Shown piece by piece: positions 10,107 to 20,112 of a stretch of DNA of 64,000 nucleotides. How positions within the stretch are numbered: the stretch's first letter is position 1; the number at the start of each line of letters is the position of its first letter. This stretch comes from an uncultured Chloroflexia bacterium (GTDB taxonomy: Bacteria; Chloroflexota; Limnocylindria; Limnocylindrales; CSP1-4). The notes under the pieces were generated by a model. That model had not been told where the DNA came from, searched no databases, and saw only the letters and a program-made list of their open reading frames with translations. The translations under genes and the position numbers were made by a program. The stretch is taken from assembly GCA_963759135.1 (NCBI GenBank), contig CAVWXU010000027.1:58296-122295 (forward strand), given 5' to 3'.

Positions 10107-10571
10107 ATGCCCGAGCACACCATCACCCTCAACCGAAGAGCACGCCACGAGTATTCGATCGAGGAGACCGTCGAGGCCGGCCTCGTGCTGACCGGGACCG
10201 AGATCAAGAGCGTCCGTGCCGGCCGCGTGAACCTCAACGACGCGTACGCGCGGGTGGAGCACGGCGAAGCCTGGCTGGTGGGGGCGCACATCGCCCCCTT
10301 CGAGGGCGGTAATCGCCTCAACCACGAATCGAAGCGGACCCGCAAGCTGTTGCTGCACCGCGGGGAGATCGACGAACTGCTGGGGCTCACCACACGCAAG
10401 GGCCTGACGCTCGTTCCGCTGCGGCTGTATATCAGCGACAGGGGGCTGGCCAAGGTCGAGCTGGGCGTCGCCCGAGGGAAGCAACTCCACGACCGCCGGC
10501 GCGAGATCGCGGCGCGGGACGCCAGGAGGGAGCTCGAGCGCGAGCTGTCGGACGCAGGTCGCGGCCGGTAG
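10107..10571 (+). CDS. smpB: SsrA-binding protein SmpB
   Basis: Translation is SmpB-like (ITLNRRARHEYSIEETVEAGLVLTGTEIKSVR...LLLHRGEI...LVPLRLY). tmRNA lies immediately downstream. Confidence 0.9.
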   Translation: MPEHTITLNRRARHEYSIEETVEAGLVLTGTEIKSVRAGRVNLNDAYARVEHGEAWLVGAHIAPFEGGNRLNHESKRTRKLLLHRGEIDELLGLTTRKGLTLVPLRLYISDRGLAKVELGVARGKQLHDRRREIAARDARRELERELSDAGRGR

Positions 10572-10699
10572 CCGGCCGGCGGCCGTGGGCGGCCGGTAGG
10601 CGGCGGTTAGGCGGCCGGCCGTTCACAGCGGGCGTCGGCCATCTTGGATTCCGGGCGGTCGTCCGCTAGAATGACGCCTCCGAACGGATGTTCGGCACT

Positions 10700-11070
10700 G
10701 GGGATGCGTGGTTTCGACAGGGCCCGAACCCCAGGGAACGCGAGCCGAGGTGCCGTCTGGCCTCGTTAAACAGGCGGCAAAACGAAGTAACTGGCAACAG
10801 CCAGCCTGCTCTCGCCCTCGCCGCTTAGGCGGTAAGGTGAGCGTGGAAGCAGCCTCGTCCCCGTGGGCTGTGGAAGCGTCATGCAGCGGGGATGCAGCTT
10901 CGGGTAGCGTCGCGTAGCCGGAGACCAAGCCCGCAAGGGGACGTGACTGGTCCGATCGAAACGCTGCCGATGGCGGTTCGACCGGTCGACGACAAAGCAT
11001 CGGACACGCTCGTAGTGGTCCCTGGCCGAAGGTTCTGGACGGGGAGTTCGACCCTCCCCCATCTCCACCA
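10700..11070 (+). ncRNA. ssrA: tmRNA (SsrA). Predicted tag reading frame ends ...GNSQPALALAA with stop TAG at 10826-10828.
   Basis: 5' end GGGGAUGCGUGGUUUCGACAGGG. 3' end GGACGGGGAGUUCGACCCUCCCCAUCUCCACCA (tRNA-Ala-like acceptor/T-arm with CCA). Internal ORF ggc aac agc cag cct gct ctc gcc ctc gcc gct tag. Confidence 0.9.
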
Positions 11071-11094
11071 GCGCTCATCTGCGGCGGTGTCCGC

Positions 11095-11111
11095 GAGGAT
11101 CCGCGATCCTC
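11095..11111. terminator. Short palindrome gaggatc-cgc-gatcctc just after tmRNA and downstream of the convergent VanW gene
   Basis: Read directly; 7-bp stem. Confidence 0.3.
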
Positions 11112-11195
11112 CGGCGCCGCCGCACGCATGTCAGCCGCCCGGACCGCCCGTCGGGCGTGGCGATCGCGACGGCACCCCTGCCGCGTGGCTCCCGG

Positions 11196-13469
11196 TCAGG
11201 GCCGGGGGGACGCGCTCGGCGAAGGGGACGCCGACGACGACCCGCTCGGCGACGGGGATGGGGAGGGAGCTCCGCTCGGCGATGGAGCCGGGGCCTGCGC
11301 CACGCCGACCTGGATCAGTCCGTTGACCGTGGCGTAGTGCGAGTAGTAGGTCTCCTGGTGGACGATCGCGCCGCTGGCATCGCGGACCACCCGCGTCACC
11401 CAGGCGTCGAAACCGTTGGACGCGTATTCGACCTGGTTCTCCTGCCCGGGCTTGAGCGTGGTCACCTTGACGTACTGCGTGGTTGCGTAGGAGTAGTTCT
11501 TCACGATCGGGGTCGACAGCGTCACGGTGCGCTGCGGATCGACGCTGAACAGCTGGAACGTGACGGTTCCGGGGCCGTTGATCGCGTGGATCAGCACGGG
11601 ATAGGCCGTGTCGTTGCGCCAGGTCATGTCCTGCTCCCACCCTGTGCCCATCGCGACAGTGGCATCCAGCCCGACCGGGTACCGGGAGATGTAGTAGTAA
11701 TGGTTGGCGCGGTCGCCGATCTCGTAGCCGGCCCGGAGCGCGGCGTTGAAGAGCGTGGTGGACGTGCTGCAGATTCCGCCGGCGATCGCTCCCGTCTCCT
11801 CCGTGTGCCCGTTGATGATCGCGCCGCCGAGACCGTACCCCTCCGCCAGCGTGGGCACGCCGACGACCTTCCAGAAGTCGAACCAGGCGCCGGGGGCCAC
11901 GACGTACCCGTCGATCATGGAGGCGGGGATGCTGATGTTCTTCCCCCAGTAGTTGGAGATGCCCGGGAAGAAATGGGTGGTCCAGCTCCCCACGACCTTC
12001 ATCAGTGGCGCCGTCTTCTTCGCCTCGTCCGTGCCAAGCGCGGGCGCGACCGACGTGACCGCCAGCTGGACCGTGAGGGCCGGGTCGCCCGCCGTACGAC
12101 TCGACAGGGCCGCGGAGATGGCGCTCAGGCTCGCGTCGATGTCGAGCTGGGTGCCGTCACGGCCGGCGAGGACGCCGATCACCTTGCCGTCGCCGAGCAG
12201 ATAGCTGGCGTCGGACGGACTGCGCGCAACCTTCGGAGCGAGAGCGGCGAGCGCGGCGCGGGCAGTGGTGCCGCCGATCTGCGGGACATAGGCCGCGGCG
12301 GCGAGCGACGGCACGCTGGGGCCAGGAGAGGAGGCGGGACCCGGGCTCGCGACGGCAGCGCCGCTCGGGGAGGGCGGGGGCGCAGTGGTCGGCGAGGGAC
12401 TCGCGTCGGGGGAAGGGCTCGCCGCCGACGGTCCCGCCGGGGGCGTCGCGGCGGGAGTGGGGAGCGCGGGGAGGTCGCCCGCGACAGGGACCGCACCGGA
12501 GGGCAGCGAGATCGGCGGGCCTGAGGGGGCGTTGGTGGCCTCGACAGGCGACGCACCAACCGCCGACGGCGAGGTCGCGCCCGGCGCCGCGCTCCCGGCC
12601 GGGGCGGCTTGAGGTCCCGCGGGAGCGCCAGGCGGGACCGCCGGCGCGGCAGCTTGCGGCGCGCCGAAGGACACCCAGGTCCGGAGCGTGTCCGACGAGA
12701 TCGTCATCGAGAACCTGGGGTCGGTCGAAACGGTCAGCGTGAGGGGCGCGGCGGTCATCTGGTTCGCCGTCTCGAGAGCCGCGGCCGCCTCCTGCGTGCT
12801 GACGGTGGGGGCGACTTCCGTGGTCCGAAGCCGGACCGTCACGTGCGTGGCGCCGGGCGACAGGAGGCCATTCCCGGCGGCCTCGATGGCGGCCTGGCGA
12901 TCCACCACCTTGCCCGGTGCCGAGGGCACCACCACGAAGTTCCCGTCGGGGCCGAGCACCACCATGGCGTCGGTCGCGCTTACGGCCTGCGCGCCTGCCA
13001 CGGCCGCAACCGCGGACGCGAGCGCTGCCTTGTCGTAGGTCAGGCGCGGCGCCACCGGCTCATCGCCGACGAGAGCGCGGGCGTCCTGTGCCAGCGCCGA
13101 TGGCAGATCGCCCCCGTGTGCCACGGCCATCGCCGAATCGACGATGGCGCCATAGTCGTACGCGCGTCCGAGACGCGAGAACGGGATCGTCGCGTCGCCC
13201 GACGGCGACTGGAGGACGAGCGTCCCCCGGCCAGCGTCCGGCAGCTGCGCCCGCAGACGGGCCTCGGCTGCAGTCCGGTCCAGCCCGCCGATCGACACAC
13301 CGTCGACCGTGACGCCGGGGATGACCCGGTTCGCGAACGCGTCCTGGTACCCGACGAGGAAACCGCCGCCGAGCGCGGCCGCGACGAGCAGCGCGACGGC
13401 GAGTGCGGCGAGGCTCCGGCGCCACAGTACGGCGCCCGTCCCGCCCGCATCCAACGTTTCCGCCGTCAT
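11196..13469 (-). CDS. VanW-domain protein with N-terminal TM anchor and Pro/Ala/Ser-rich linkers
   Basis: VanW-like core (YGLGGAIINGHTEETGAIAGGICSTSTTLFNAALRAGYEI...HYYYISRYPVGLDATV) plus an upstream PG_binding_4-like region. Confidence 0.7.
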   Translation of the reverse strand: MTAETLDAGGTGAVLWRRSLAALAVALLVAAALGGGFLVGYQDAFANRVIPGVTVDGVSIGGLDRTAAEARLRAQLPDAGRGTLVLQSPSGDATIPFSRLGRAYDYGAIVDSAMAVAHGGDLPSALAQDARALVGDEPVAPRLTYDKAALASAVAAVAGAQAVSATDAMVVLGPDGNFVVVPSAPGKVVDRQAAIEAAGNGLLSPGATHVTVRLRTTEVAPTVSTQEAAAALETANQMTAAPLTLTVSTDPRFSMTISSDTLRTWVSFGAPQAAAPAVPPGAPAGPQAAPAGSAAPGATSPSAVGASPVEATNAPSGPPISLPSGAVPVAGDLPALPTPAATPPAGPSAASPSPDASPSPTTAPPPSPSGAAVASPGPASSPGPSVPSLAAAAYVPQIGGTTARAALAALAPKVARSPSDASYLLGDGKVIGVLAGRDGTQLDIDASLSAISAALSSRTAGDPALTVQLAVTSVAPALGTDEAKKTAPLMKVVGSWTTHFFPGISNYWGKNISIPASMIDGYVVAPGAWFDFWKVVGVPTLAEGYGLGGAIINGHTEETGAIAGGICSTSTTLFNAALRAGYEIGDRANHYYYISRYPVGLDATVAMGTGWEQDMTWRNDTAYPVLIHAINGPGTVTFQLFSVDPQRTVTLSTPIVKNYSYATTQYVKVTTLKPGQENQVEYASNGFDAWVTRVVRDASGAIVHQETYYSHYATVNGLIQVGVAQAPAPSPSGAPSPSPSPSGSSSASPSPSASPRP

Positions 13470-13532
13470 CGCGCCCCATATCCTACCGGCACCGCCTCCG
13501 GCCCGGACGGCGGCACACTCGGTGGGCGCCCG

Positions 13533-14651
13533 TTACCCCTCGCGGCGGATGACCACCACGCGGCGGTTCGGCTCCTCCCCGATGGACTGGGTCGCGACGC
13601 CCGCGCGGTCGCGAAGGGCAAGGTGGATCCAGCGCCGTTCGAGAGCAGGCATCGGCTCCAGCTGCAGCATCTTCCCGGTCTCCTCGACGCGGTCTGCGGC
13701 GCGGTTCGCGATCTCGCGCAGCTGGCGCTCGCGGCGTCCGCGGTAGTCCTCGACGTCGACGAGGACCCGTGTCCACTCGCCCATGCGGCGCGACAGCAGA
13801 AGGTTCACCAGGTGCTGCAGGGCCGACAACCGCTCGCCCTTGCGGCCGATCAGGGCCCCGAGCGCTTCCTTCTCGGCGCCTTCGCCGGTGACGTCGAGCT
13901 TGGCGGTGTCGCCGGTCTGGACGGTGACGACGACGTCGTAGCCGAGATAGCCCAGCATCGTCTGCAGGATGTCGCGACCGGCCTCGAGCGCCTCCGGGCT
14001 CGCCTCGGCCGCCTGCACCTCCTCGCGTTCGACGTTCAGCGATCGGGCGGCTGCGACCTCTGCTCGTTCACCGTCCGTGAGGGTCACGGGGCCGCGCCGC
14101 TCGTGCCCACCCGGCCGATCGCGTCCGCGGTCGCCCCCTCGCTCGCGGCGCTCCGGGGCTGCTGGTCGCGGGCCGCGCTCGCGATACTCCGTCCTGGGGC
14201 GCGCGCCCGGCTGGAGGTCGCCGCCGGGCGTGGGGCGCGCGGCCGGCTGGAGGTCGCCGCCGGGCGTGGGACGCGCGGCCGCGGCCGCAGGAGCGTCCTC
14301 GTGGCCTGATTCTCCGTCCCCGACCGGCTGCCCGTGCATCGGGCGCCGCTCGCGCGCGCGGTCGCCGCGGTCGCGGCCCGGCGGCCGATCCTCGCGCGGC
14401 GGCCGCGCGGACGGAGGTGGGAGCGGGGCGGCCTCCGCGGCCGCCCTCCGAGGCGCCGCGCCCCCAAGCGCGGCGCGAGGCGCGGCGATCACGCGGGCTG
14501 GCTCGGCTCCCATTCCGAGGACCCCGCGGCTGCCGGCGGTCAGGATCTCGAAGTCCAGGTCGTCGAGCCCCGAGACGCCGAACGCCTCGCGCGCCTGGCG
14601 CAGGGCCTCCTCGACCGTCTTCCCGGTGAATTCCTGGTATTCGCTGCTCAT
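13533..14651 (-). CDS. jag: Jag/KhpB RNA-binding protein (Jag_N, KH and R3H domains) with an internal in-frame tandem duplication
   Basis: N-terminal Jag domain (MSSEYQEFTGKTVEEALRQAREAFGV). KH/R3H C-terminus (GALIGRKGERLSALQHLVNLL...RRVVVIRR). Located downstream of yidC as in many genomes. Confidence 0.75.
   Translation of the reverse strand: MSSEYQEFTGKTVEEALRQAREAFGVSGLDDLDFEILTAGSRGVLGMGAEPARVIAAPRAALGGAAPRRAAAEAAPLPPPSARPPREDRPPGRDRGDRARERRPMHGQPVGDGESGHEDAPAAAAARPTPGGDLQPAARPTPGGDLQPGARPRTEYRERGPRPAAPERRERGGDRGRDRPGGHERRGPVTLTDGERAEVAAARSLNVEREEVQAAEASPEALEAGRDILQTMLGYLGYDVVVTVQTGDTAKLDVTGEGAEKEALGALIGRKGERLSALQHLVNLLLSRRMGEWTRVLVDVEDYRGRRERQLREIANRAADRVEETGKMLQLEPMPALERRWIHLALRDRAGVATQSIGEEPNRRVVVIRREG
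14199..14280. repeat. 36-bp in-frame tandem duplication (x2 plus a partial third) inside jag, encoding PAARPTPGGDLQ x2
   Basis: cgcgcg(c/g)ccggctggaggtcgccgccgggcgtggg(g/a) repeated at 14199-14234 and 14235-14270. Confidence 0.7.
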
Positions 14652-15916
14652 CGACGCCTCCCTCGCCGGCTCGTCCGGGCCCGTTCCCTGTTCGGTCTGA
14701 CCGTGCCCGCCGCACTGTCTCTCGGGTCGCGGCGCGCGGGCGCCGCCGTGGGTTCACTCCTGCCTGCGGCCGCGAGCTTCGGGGGCGACGGAGCGAACCG
14801 TGGTGTGTGCCCCACGGCGAACGACGGTGTCCATCCGAACAACGGGAAGAGGGACCCCCAGCCCGCGATCAGATACTGCTGCACGATCGAGAAGACCGTG
14901 GTGACGATCCAGTAGATGAAGAGCCCGGCAGGCAGGAACGAGCCGTACACGAGCGACAGGAGTGGGAGCAGCAGGAACGCGCGCTGCTGCGCCTGGGCCT
15001 GCGGGTCGCTGGAGCTCGGCATCATCATCCGCGTCTGCAGGAGCTGCAGGAGCGCGGAGATCAGCGCGAGCAGGCTCAATCCGAACCCGATCACCGGCAG
15101 CCTGAAGAGGATCTCGGGCTGGTCCGCGGGGAGGCCGCCGAGCCACCAGATGTGCGGCTGGATGCACGGACCGCTCGTCGCCGCGGCGGCCTGGCAGGTG
15201 ACGTGCACGACCTGGACCCCGAAGACGCGGAGCATCGAGCTGATGTTTGGCGCGGTGAGCCCGGACGAGAACACCGAGTACATCGGCAGGAGGAGGAGCA
15301 TCGTCAGGACGGTCGGGAGGCACCCGGAGGCGGGGTTGACGCCCCGCTCCTTGTAGAGCCTCATCTGCTCCTCGCTGACCTTCTGGCGGTCCCCCTTGAA
15401 CTTCTGGGAGATCGCCTTCAGCTCCGGCTGCAGCATCTGCATGCGCCGCTGCGACACGATCTGTGCGCGGTAGACCGGGACAAGCAGGAGCCGGATCAGG
15501 AGCGTGACGAGGATGATCGCGATGCCGATGTCGCCGACGATGTTGTAGAAGAACACGAGCACCAGGAAGATGGTCTGGAAGATCGGCGTGAACGCCCAGG
15601 CAAGGAGGCTGAACGGGTCGGCGCCGTTCGGCTGCGCCGGGCAGAGGTTGGGATGGTGAGTGACCGTCGGGCCCGGCGTCTGGCCCGGCGCGAGTGTCGG
15701 CGTCGGCGCGGGCGTCGGGTTTGGGCAAGGGGGCTGGCTCGTGGCGGCCCCCACTTGCGAAGGTGCCGCAACGGGAGCCGCCGACTGTCCGGCCGGAAGC
15801 GGCGAGGCTGCGAACGAGACTGGGTTCGCGGCGAACAGCAGCAGGAGCGCGACCACCGAAGCCAGCGGCAGCAGGCCGAGTCGGCGAAGTGTCACCTCGC
15901 GGAGCGCTCCCTTCAT
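14648..15916 (-). CDS. yidC: Membrane protein insertase YidC/Oxa1, with a Pro/Ala/Thr-rich N-terminal region and a basic C-terminal tail
   Basis: Conserved core (LLIRLLLVPVYRAQIVSQRRMQMLQPELKAISQKFKGDRQKVSEEQMRLYKERGVNPASGCLPTVLTMLLLLPMY). Confidence 0.85.
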   Translation of the reverse strand: MKGALREVTLRRLGLLPLASVVALLLLFAANPVSFAASPLPAGQSAAPVAAPSQVGAATSQPPCPNPTPAPTPTLAPGQTPGPTVTHHPNLCPAQPNGADPFSLLAWAFTPIFQTIFLVLVFFYNIVGDIGIAIILVTLLIRLLLVPVYRAQIVSQRRMQMLQPELKAISQKFKGDRQKVSEEQMRLYKERGVNPASGCLPTVLTMLLLLPMYSVFSSGLTAPNISSMLRVFGVQVVHVTCQAAAATSGPCIQPHIWWLGGLPADQPEILFRLPVIGFGLSLLALISALLQLLQTRMMMPSSSDPQAQAQQRAFLLLPLLSLVYGSFLPAGLFIYWIVTTVFSIVQQYLIAGWGSLFPLFGWTPSFAVGHTPRFAPSPPKLAAAGRSEPTAAPARRDPRDSAAGTVRPNRERARTSRRGRRR

Positions 15917-15922
15917 CGGGGC

Positions 15923-16137
15923 CTACGGTACCGGGTCATACCCGCCCGGGTTCCACGGGTGACATCGCGCGATCCTTCGCGCCCCCATCACGCTCCCACG
16001 CAGGAGGCCGTACTTGCCAATGGCCTGCTCCGTGTACCGGGAACACGTGGGCTCGAACCGGCACGACGCTGGCAGCCACGCGAAGAGGGTCCGGTAGAGG
16101 CGGATGGCCGCGATCCCGAGCGTCTTCATCCCCTGCA
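15923..16137 (-). CDS. yidD: Membrane protein insertion efficiency factor YidD
   Basis: Signature [46 protein letters not shown]. Confidence 0.8.
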
Positions 16138-16485
16138 TCCCACGACGCCGGTCAACACGCCGAGGCGGTCGAGCAGGCGGGCCACGGCGTCGCGAAGCTC
16201 GGCGAAGCTCGCGACGACGCTGGCAGCCCGGGCAACCACCAGCACGTCCCACCCGGGCGCCACGCGGTGCGCGAGTGATCTGACGATTTCGCGAAGTCTC
16301 CGGCGGACGCGATTGCGGACAACAGCACCTCCGAGGCGCCTGCCGGTCGAGAACGCGTACCGGGTGGAAACCAGCCCGTTTCGCGCCACCCGCACGACGA
16401 CGAGCGGGTGCGCCCGGCTCGTTCCCTGCTGCTGGAGGTTGGCGAAGTCCGCCGGCCGGCGGAGGGTCTCCAGCGGGATCGCCAT
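16126..16485 (-). CDS. rnpA: Ribonuclease P protein component RnpA
   Basis: RnpA-like basic motif ([16 protein letters not shown]). Position between rpmH and yidD. Confidence 0.8.
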   Translation of the reverse strand: MAIPLETLRRPADFANLQQQGTSRAHPLVVVRVARNGLVSTRYAFSTGRRLGGAVVRNRVRRRLREIVRSLAHRVAPGWDVLVVARAASVVASFAELRDAVARLLDRLGVLTGVVGCRG

Positions 16486-16497
16486 AGCGGCCCTGTA

Positions 16498-16632
16498 TCA
16501 GACGGTCAAGCGCTGCCGGCCCCGCGCCCGTCGCGCGGCGAGGACGCGCCTCCCTCCGCGAGTCTTCATCCTGGCCCGGAAGCCGTGCTCCTTGGCGCGA
16601 TGCCGCTTCTTGGGCTGATACGTCTGCTTCAT
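16498..16632 (-). CDS. rpmH: 50S ribosomal protein L34
   Basis: [44 protein letters not shown]; canonical L34. Confidence 0.9.
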   Translation of the reverse strand: MKQTYQPKKRHRAKEHGFRARMKTRGGRRVLAARRARGRQRLTV

Positions 16633-17184
16633 CGGGCGCCATGGCTCCTTGGCAGGACGGGTTTGGAGCGGCGGCAGCAGGGCCGAATCCGGGCCCACCT
16701 GCCCTCGGTGGATGACATCAACACGCGCCGGCGCCCATGGCACTCCGCCGCGTCCCGTGCCGGGGGATTATATGAAGCCCCCGGAAGGAGTGTCAAACCA
16801 CGGCACCCGTCGAGTCGGCCCGTCGTTGCCCACAACGGCCGGGGAGACGCCACCTGCTCGCGCGTCGATCGACGATCTCGGGCGGCGGGAGCGGCGCGCC
16901 CCGGGAATCCGATCGGCTGACGTGCAGGAACGGACCGCGCTCACCGGGGAGCCAGATACTACCCGGGAGTATGGAGGTTTCGCGTTGCGGTGGCCCTGCG
17001 CGCGGTGCTAGGCTTGCCGGGCTCCCGGCCCGGGACGCAACGGGAGGGTCCAGGAGAGGCCCGCCGGCGCCCATCCACGGGGCACGCACGCGGCTTCTGC
17101 CATGGCTGGTCCGAGCCCATGGTCGCCCACCCAGCGGCGGCTGAGGGCGACGACGAATCGCTTTGATGGGGTCGAGCGAACGGA

Positions 17185-18534
17185 ATGGACGCGAAGCAGG
17201 TGTGGCGCGCCGCCCTCGGGGAGCTCCAGGTTTCGCTGTCACCCGCCAATTACGAGACCTGGCTCCGCGACACCGCCCTCGTGGCCGTCGACGAACACCG
17301 GTTTCGCGTCGCCGTTCCCAACGGGTTCGCGAAGGACTGGCTCGAGTCGCGGTACCGCTCGCTGATCAGCCAGACCCTCGCGCGCATCGTGGGCTACAGC
17401 GTGCAGGTCGATTTCGAGGTGTCAGCGCAGCCGGCTGACGCCGCGGAGGCGATCGCCGCCCAGCCGGTCCGCGTGGAACCGTCCCGTGTCGGCGGCGAGG
17501 GCGGCCCCACCAACCTCAACCCACGCTACACGTTCGGGAACTTCATCGTCGGCTCGGCGAACCGCCTGGCGCACGCGGCGAGCCTCTCGGTGGCCGAGCG
17601 CCCCGGCCACGCATACAACCCGCTCTTCCTGTACGGCGGCGTGGGACTGGGCAAGACCCACCTGATGCACGCCATCGGGAACCAGGTGATCGCGCGGTTC
17701 CCTCGCAAGAAGGTGACCTACGCGACCAGCGAGAAGTTCACCAACGAGTTCATCACCAGCATCCAGCAGGGACGGATCGACGAGTTCCGTGGCCGCTACC
17801 GCAAGATCGACGTCCTCCTGATCGACGACATCCAGTTCATCGCGGACAAGGAGCGCACGCAGGAGGAGTTCTTCCACACGTTCAACGCGATCCACGAGGA
17901 CGGCAAGCAGATCGTCCTGTCGAGCGACCGTCCCCCCAAGCAGATCATGACCCTTGAGGAGCGCCTGCGGAGTCGCTTCGAGTGGGGGCTGATCGCCGAT
18001 CTCACCGCCCCGGACCTGGAGACCCGGATCGCCATCCTGCGCTCGAAGGCGGAGGATCAGTCCGCCGCGATCGGGCCGGACGTCGTCGAGTTCATCGCGC
18101 GCAAAGTCGTCAGCAACATCCGTGAGCTCGAGGGCGCCCTGAACCGCATCCTGGCGTATGCCAGCATGAACGCCGTGCCGGTCAGCATCGACCTGGCGCA
18201 GGCGGTTCTCTCCAACGTCCTGTACAACCCGAAGCGCCGGACGGTGACTCCCGAGCGTGTCACGCGGGCCGTGTCGGAGTACTACGGCGTGGACCTCGAC
18301 GCGCTGCGCGGCCAGAAGCGGGACCGGGCAATCGTCGTGCCGCGCCAGATCGCCATGTACCTGATGCGCGAGGAGACGGACGTCTCGCTCCTCCGGATCG
18401 GCGCGGAACTCGGGGGGCGGGACCACTCGACGGTCCTGCACGCATGCGACAAGATCACGCGCGAGAGCCAGGACAACGACGACCTCAGGCGCGAGATCTC
18501 CGCGCTGCGCGAGCTCATTTACGCCGGGGAGTGA
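17185..18534 (+). CDS. dnaA: Chromosomal replication initiator DnaA
   Basis: Domain I ([15 protein letters not shown]), AAA+ Walker [11 protein letters not shown], sensor motifs, and C-terminal DNA-binding domain ([37 protein letters not shown]). Confidence 0.95.
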   Translation: MDAKQVWRAALGELQVSLSPANYETWLRDTALVAVDEHRFRVAVPNGFAKDWLESRYRSLISQTLARIVGYSVQVDFEVSAQPADAAEAIAAQPVRVEPSRVGGEGGPTNLNPRYTFGNFIVGSANRLAHAASLSVAERPGHAYNPLFLYGGVGLGKTHLMHAIGNQVIARFPRKKVTYATSEKFTNEFITSIQQGRIDEFRGRYRKIDVLLIDDIQFIADKERTQEEFFHTFNAIHEDGKQIVLSSDRPPKQIMTLEERLRSRFEWGLIADLTAPDLETRIAILRSKAEDQSAAIGPDVVEFIARKVVSNIRELEGALNRILAYASMNAVPVSIDLAQAVLSNVLYNPKRRTVTPERVTRAVSEYYGVDLDALRGQKRDRAIVVPRQIAMYLMREETDVSLLRIGAELGGRDHSTVLHACDKITRESQDNDDLRREISALRELIYAGE

Positions 18535-18941
18535 CGGGCTCCCACGTTCTCACCCGCCGGGGGTCGACCCAGGTGTGGATAAGGGCCCGGAATCCGTGGA
18601 CAAGCGCAGCCGGATGTGGACAAACGGCGCCCGCGGGACACGCACGCGCTGCGGTTCGGACGACTCGCTGTGGATGGGCCGTTCGTCGCGCTGGGCACCG
18701 ACCCCGCGGCCGTGCCCGCCGTCCACATCGCCCGCGCCCGTCTCTCCACGAGACCGGCTTGTCCATCAACGCCGCGGGGCTGGTGTTCCACGACAGCACG
18801 CCGCACCGCCACGCACGTGCGTCCACAGCGTCCACCCCATGATGATGACGATGATGGAATGAGAAGATATGTATCTCGAGCGGCCCTGCGTCGCGCGAAG
18901 TGGATGACACGGGCGTCTCGGGCGCCCGGGGAGAGGAACTC
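18535..18941. other. Predicted oriC in the dnaA-dnaN intergenic region: DnaA-box cluster plus an AT-rich unwinding element
   Basis: Perfect box TGTGGATAA at 18574-18582. TGTGGACAA at 18615-18623. CGTGGACAA at 18595-18603. TGTGGATGG at 18669-18677. Several GTCCACA-type boxes in the opposite orientation at 18722-18840. Locally AT-rich stretch atgatgatgacgatgatggaatgagaagatatgtatctcgag at about 18838-18880. Confidence 0.75.
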
Positions 18942-20060
18942 GTGAAGCTGTCGCTCATGCAGGAAAACCTGGCACGCGGGCTGCAGGTCGTGGGCCGTGC
19001 GGTTTCGAGCCGGGCGTCGCTTCCCGTCCTGTCCAATGTGCTGCTCCGCACCGAGGATGCCGGCCTCAAGCTGACAACCACCAACCTTGAGATCGGCATC
19101 ACGTGCTGGGTCCCCGGCAAGATCGAGACCGACGGCACCCTGACGGTCCCTGCCCGGCTGTTCGCCGATATCGTCAACTCGCTCCCGGCGGGCGAGCGGG
19201 TGGACCTCGAGAGCGACGGTCCGGACAGCCTTCGCATCCGCAGCGGCCGCTTTCGCGCGCGCATCAAGGGCATCGAGGCCGACGAGTTCCCGGCCATCCC
19301 CGCCGCCGGCGAACGTCCCACCACGCGGGTCTCCCAGAAGGTGCTCCGGACCGCCCTTGGTGAAGTGGCCTTCGCTGCCGCCAGCGACGAGTCTCGGCCG
19401 ATCCTCACCGGAGTCCTGACGCGCTTCACCGGCGACCGGCTGACGCTGGCCGCCGCGGACAACTACCGGATCGCGGTGAAGACCATCGACATCCTGGATC
19501 CAGTCGAGGAGAAGTCGGTAGTCGTCCCCGCACGGTCCTACAGCGAGCTCGTGCGGATCCTGTCGGACACCGACGATCCTGTCGACGTGGTGCTCGCCCC
19601 GGCAAAGAACCAGGTGCTGTTCCATGTCGAGGGGGTTGACCTGATCACCCGGCTTGTCGACGGGCAGTTCCCCAACTACCAGCAGATCCTGCCCACCACG
19701 CACAGCACGCGCGCCATCGTGGACCGGGAGGACCTGCTGAAGGCGACCCACCTTTCAGCCCTGATCGCGAGCTCGTCGGCAAACGTGGTGAAGCTGACCG
19801 TCTCGGCGGACGGCGCAGGCAGCGTCGCGGTCTCGGCGAACGCAGAGATCGGCGACAACGAGGGCGACATCGAGGCCGAAGTCGAGGGCGAGGGCACGAC
19901 GATCGCGTTCAATGCCCGGTTCCTCGCCGAGGTGCTGCAGAACCTGGATGCCGCCCAGCTTGCGATCGAGTTCAACGGCCCGCTCTCGCCGGGCGTGCTC
20001 CGCCCCATTGGCGACGCCGACTACGTTCACGTCATCATGCCAGTCCGGACGGCGTCATAG
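18942..20060 (+). CDS. dnaN: DNA polymerase III beta sliding clamp DnaN
   Basis: Beta-clamp-like sequence (LKLTTTNLEIGITCWVPGKIETDGTLTVPARLFADIV...). GTG at 18942 is preceded by GGGGAGAGGAA. Alternative ATG at 18900. Confidence 0.9.
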   Translation: MKLSLMQENLARGLQVVGRAVSSRASLPVLSNVLLRTEDAGLKLTTTNLEIGITCWVPGKIETDGTLTVPARLFADIVNSLPAGERVDLESDGPDSLRIRSGRFRARIKGIEADEFPAIPAAGERPTTRVSQKVLRTALGEVAFAAASDESRPILTGVLTRFTGDRLTLAAADNYRIAVKTIDILDPVEEKSVVVPARSYSELVRILSDTDDPVDVVLAPAKNQVLFHVEGVDLITRLVDGQFPNYQQILPTTHSTRAIVDREDLLKATHLSALIASSSANVVKLTVSADGAGSVAVSANAEIGDNEGDIEAEVEGEGTTIAFNARFLAEVLQNLDAAQLAIEFNGPLSPGVLRPIGDADYVHVIMPVRTAS

Positions 20061-20112
20061 GTCGCGTCGCTCTCCCGCCGCGCTCCGAGCGGGTGCCAGT
20101 GCTCGTCGGGCC

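Noticed and set aside
3155-10453. Long antisense ORFs (3155-4603, 5862-8357, 8429-10453, minus strand)
   Set aside because: They lie opposite well-supported genes (prfB/GNAT, IMPase/ftsE/ftsX, ctpA/smpB). They have low-complexity Arg/Gly/Pro-rich translations and are a stop-codon-poor GC-rich artefact.
16633-17184. rpmH-dnaA intergenic region as the main origin
   Set aside because: It contains only degenerate DnaA-box-like sequences (ggtggatga, catccacgg) and a small GC-clamped AT palindrome (ccggggg-attatatgaag-cccccgg). The strong box cluster and AT-rich DUE are in the dnaA-dnaN spacer instead. This region may still carry the dnaA promoter and auxiliary boxes.
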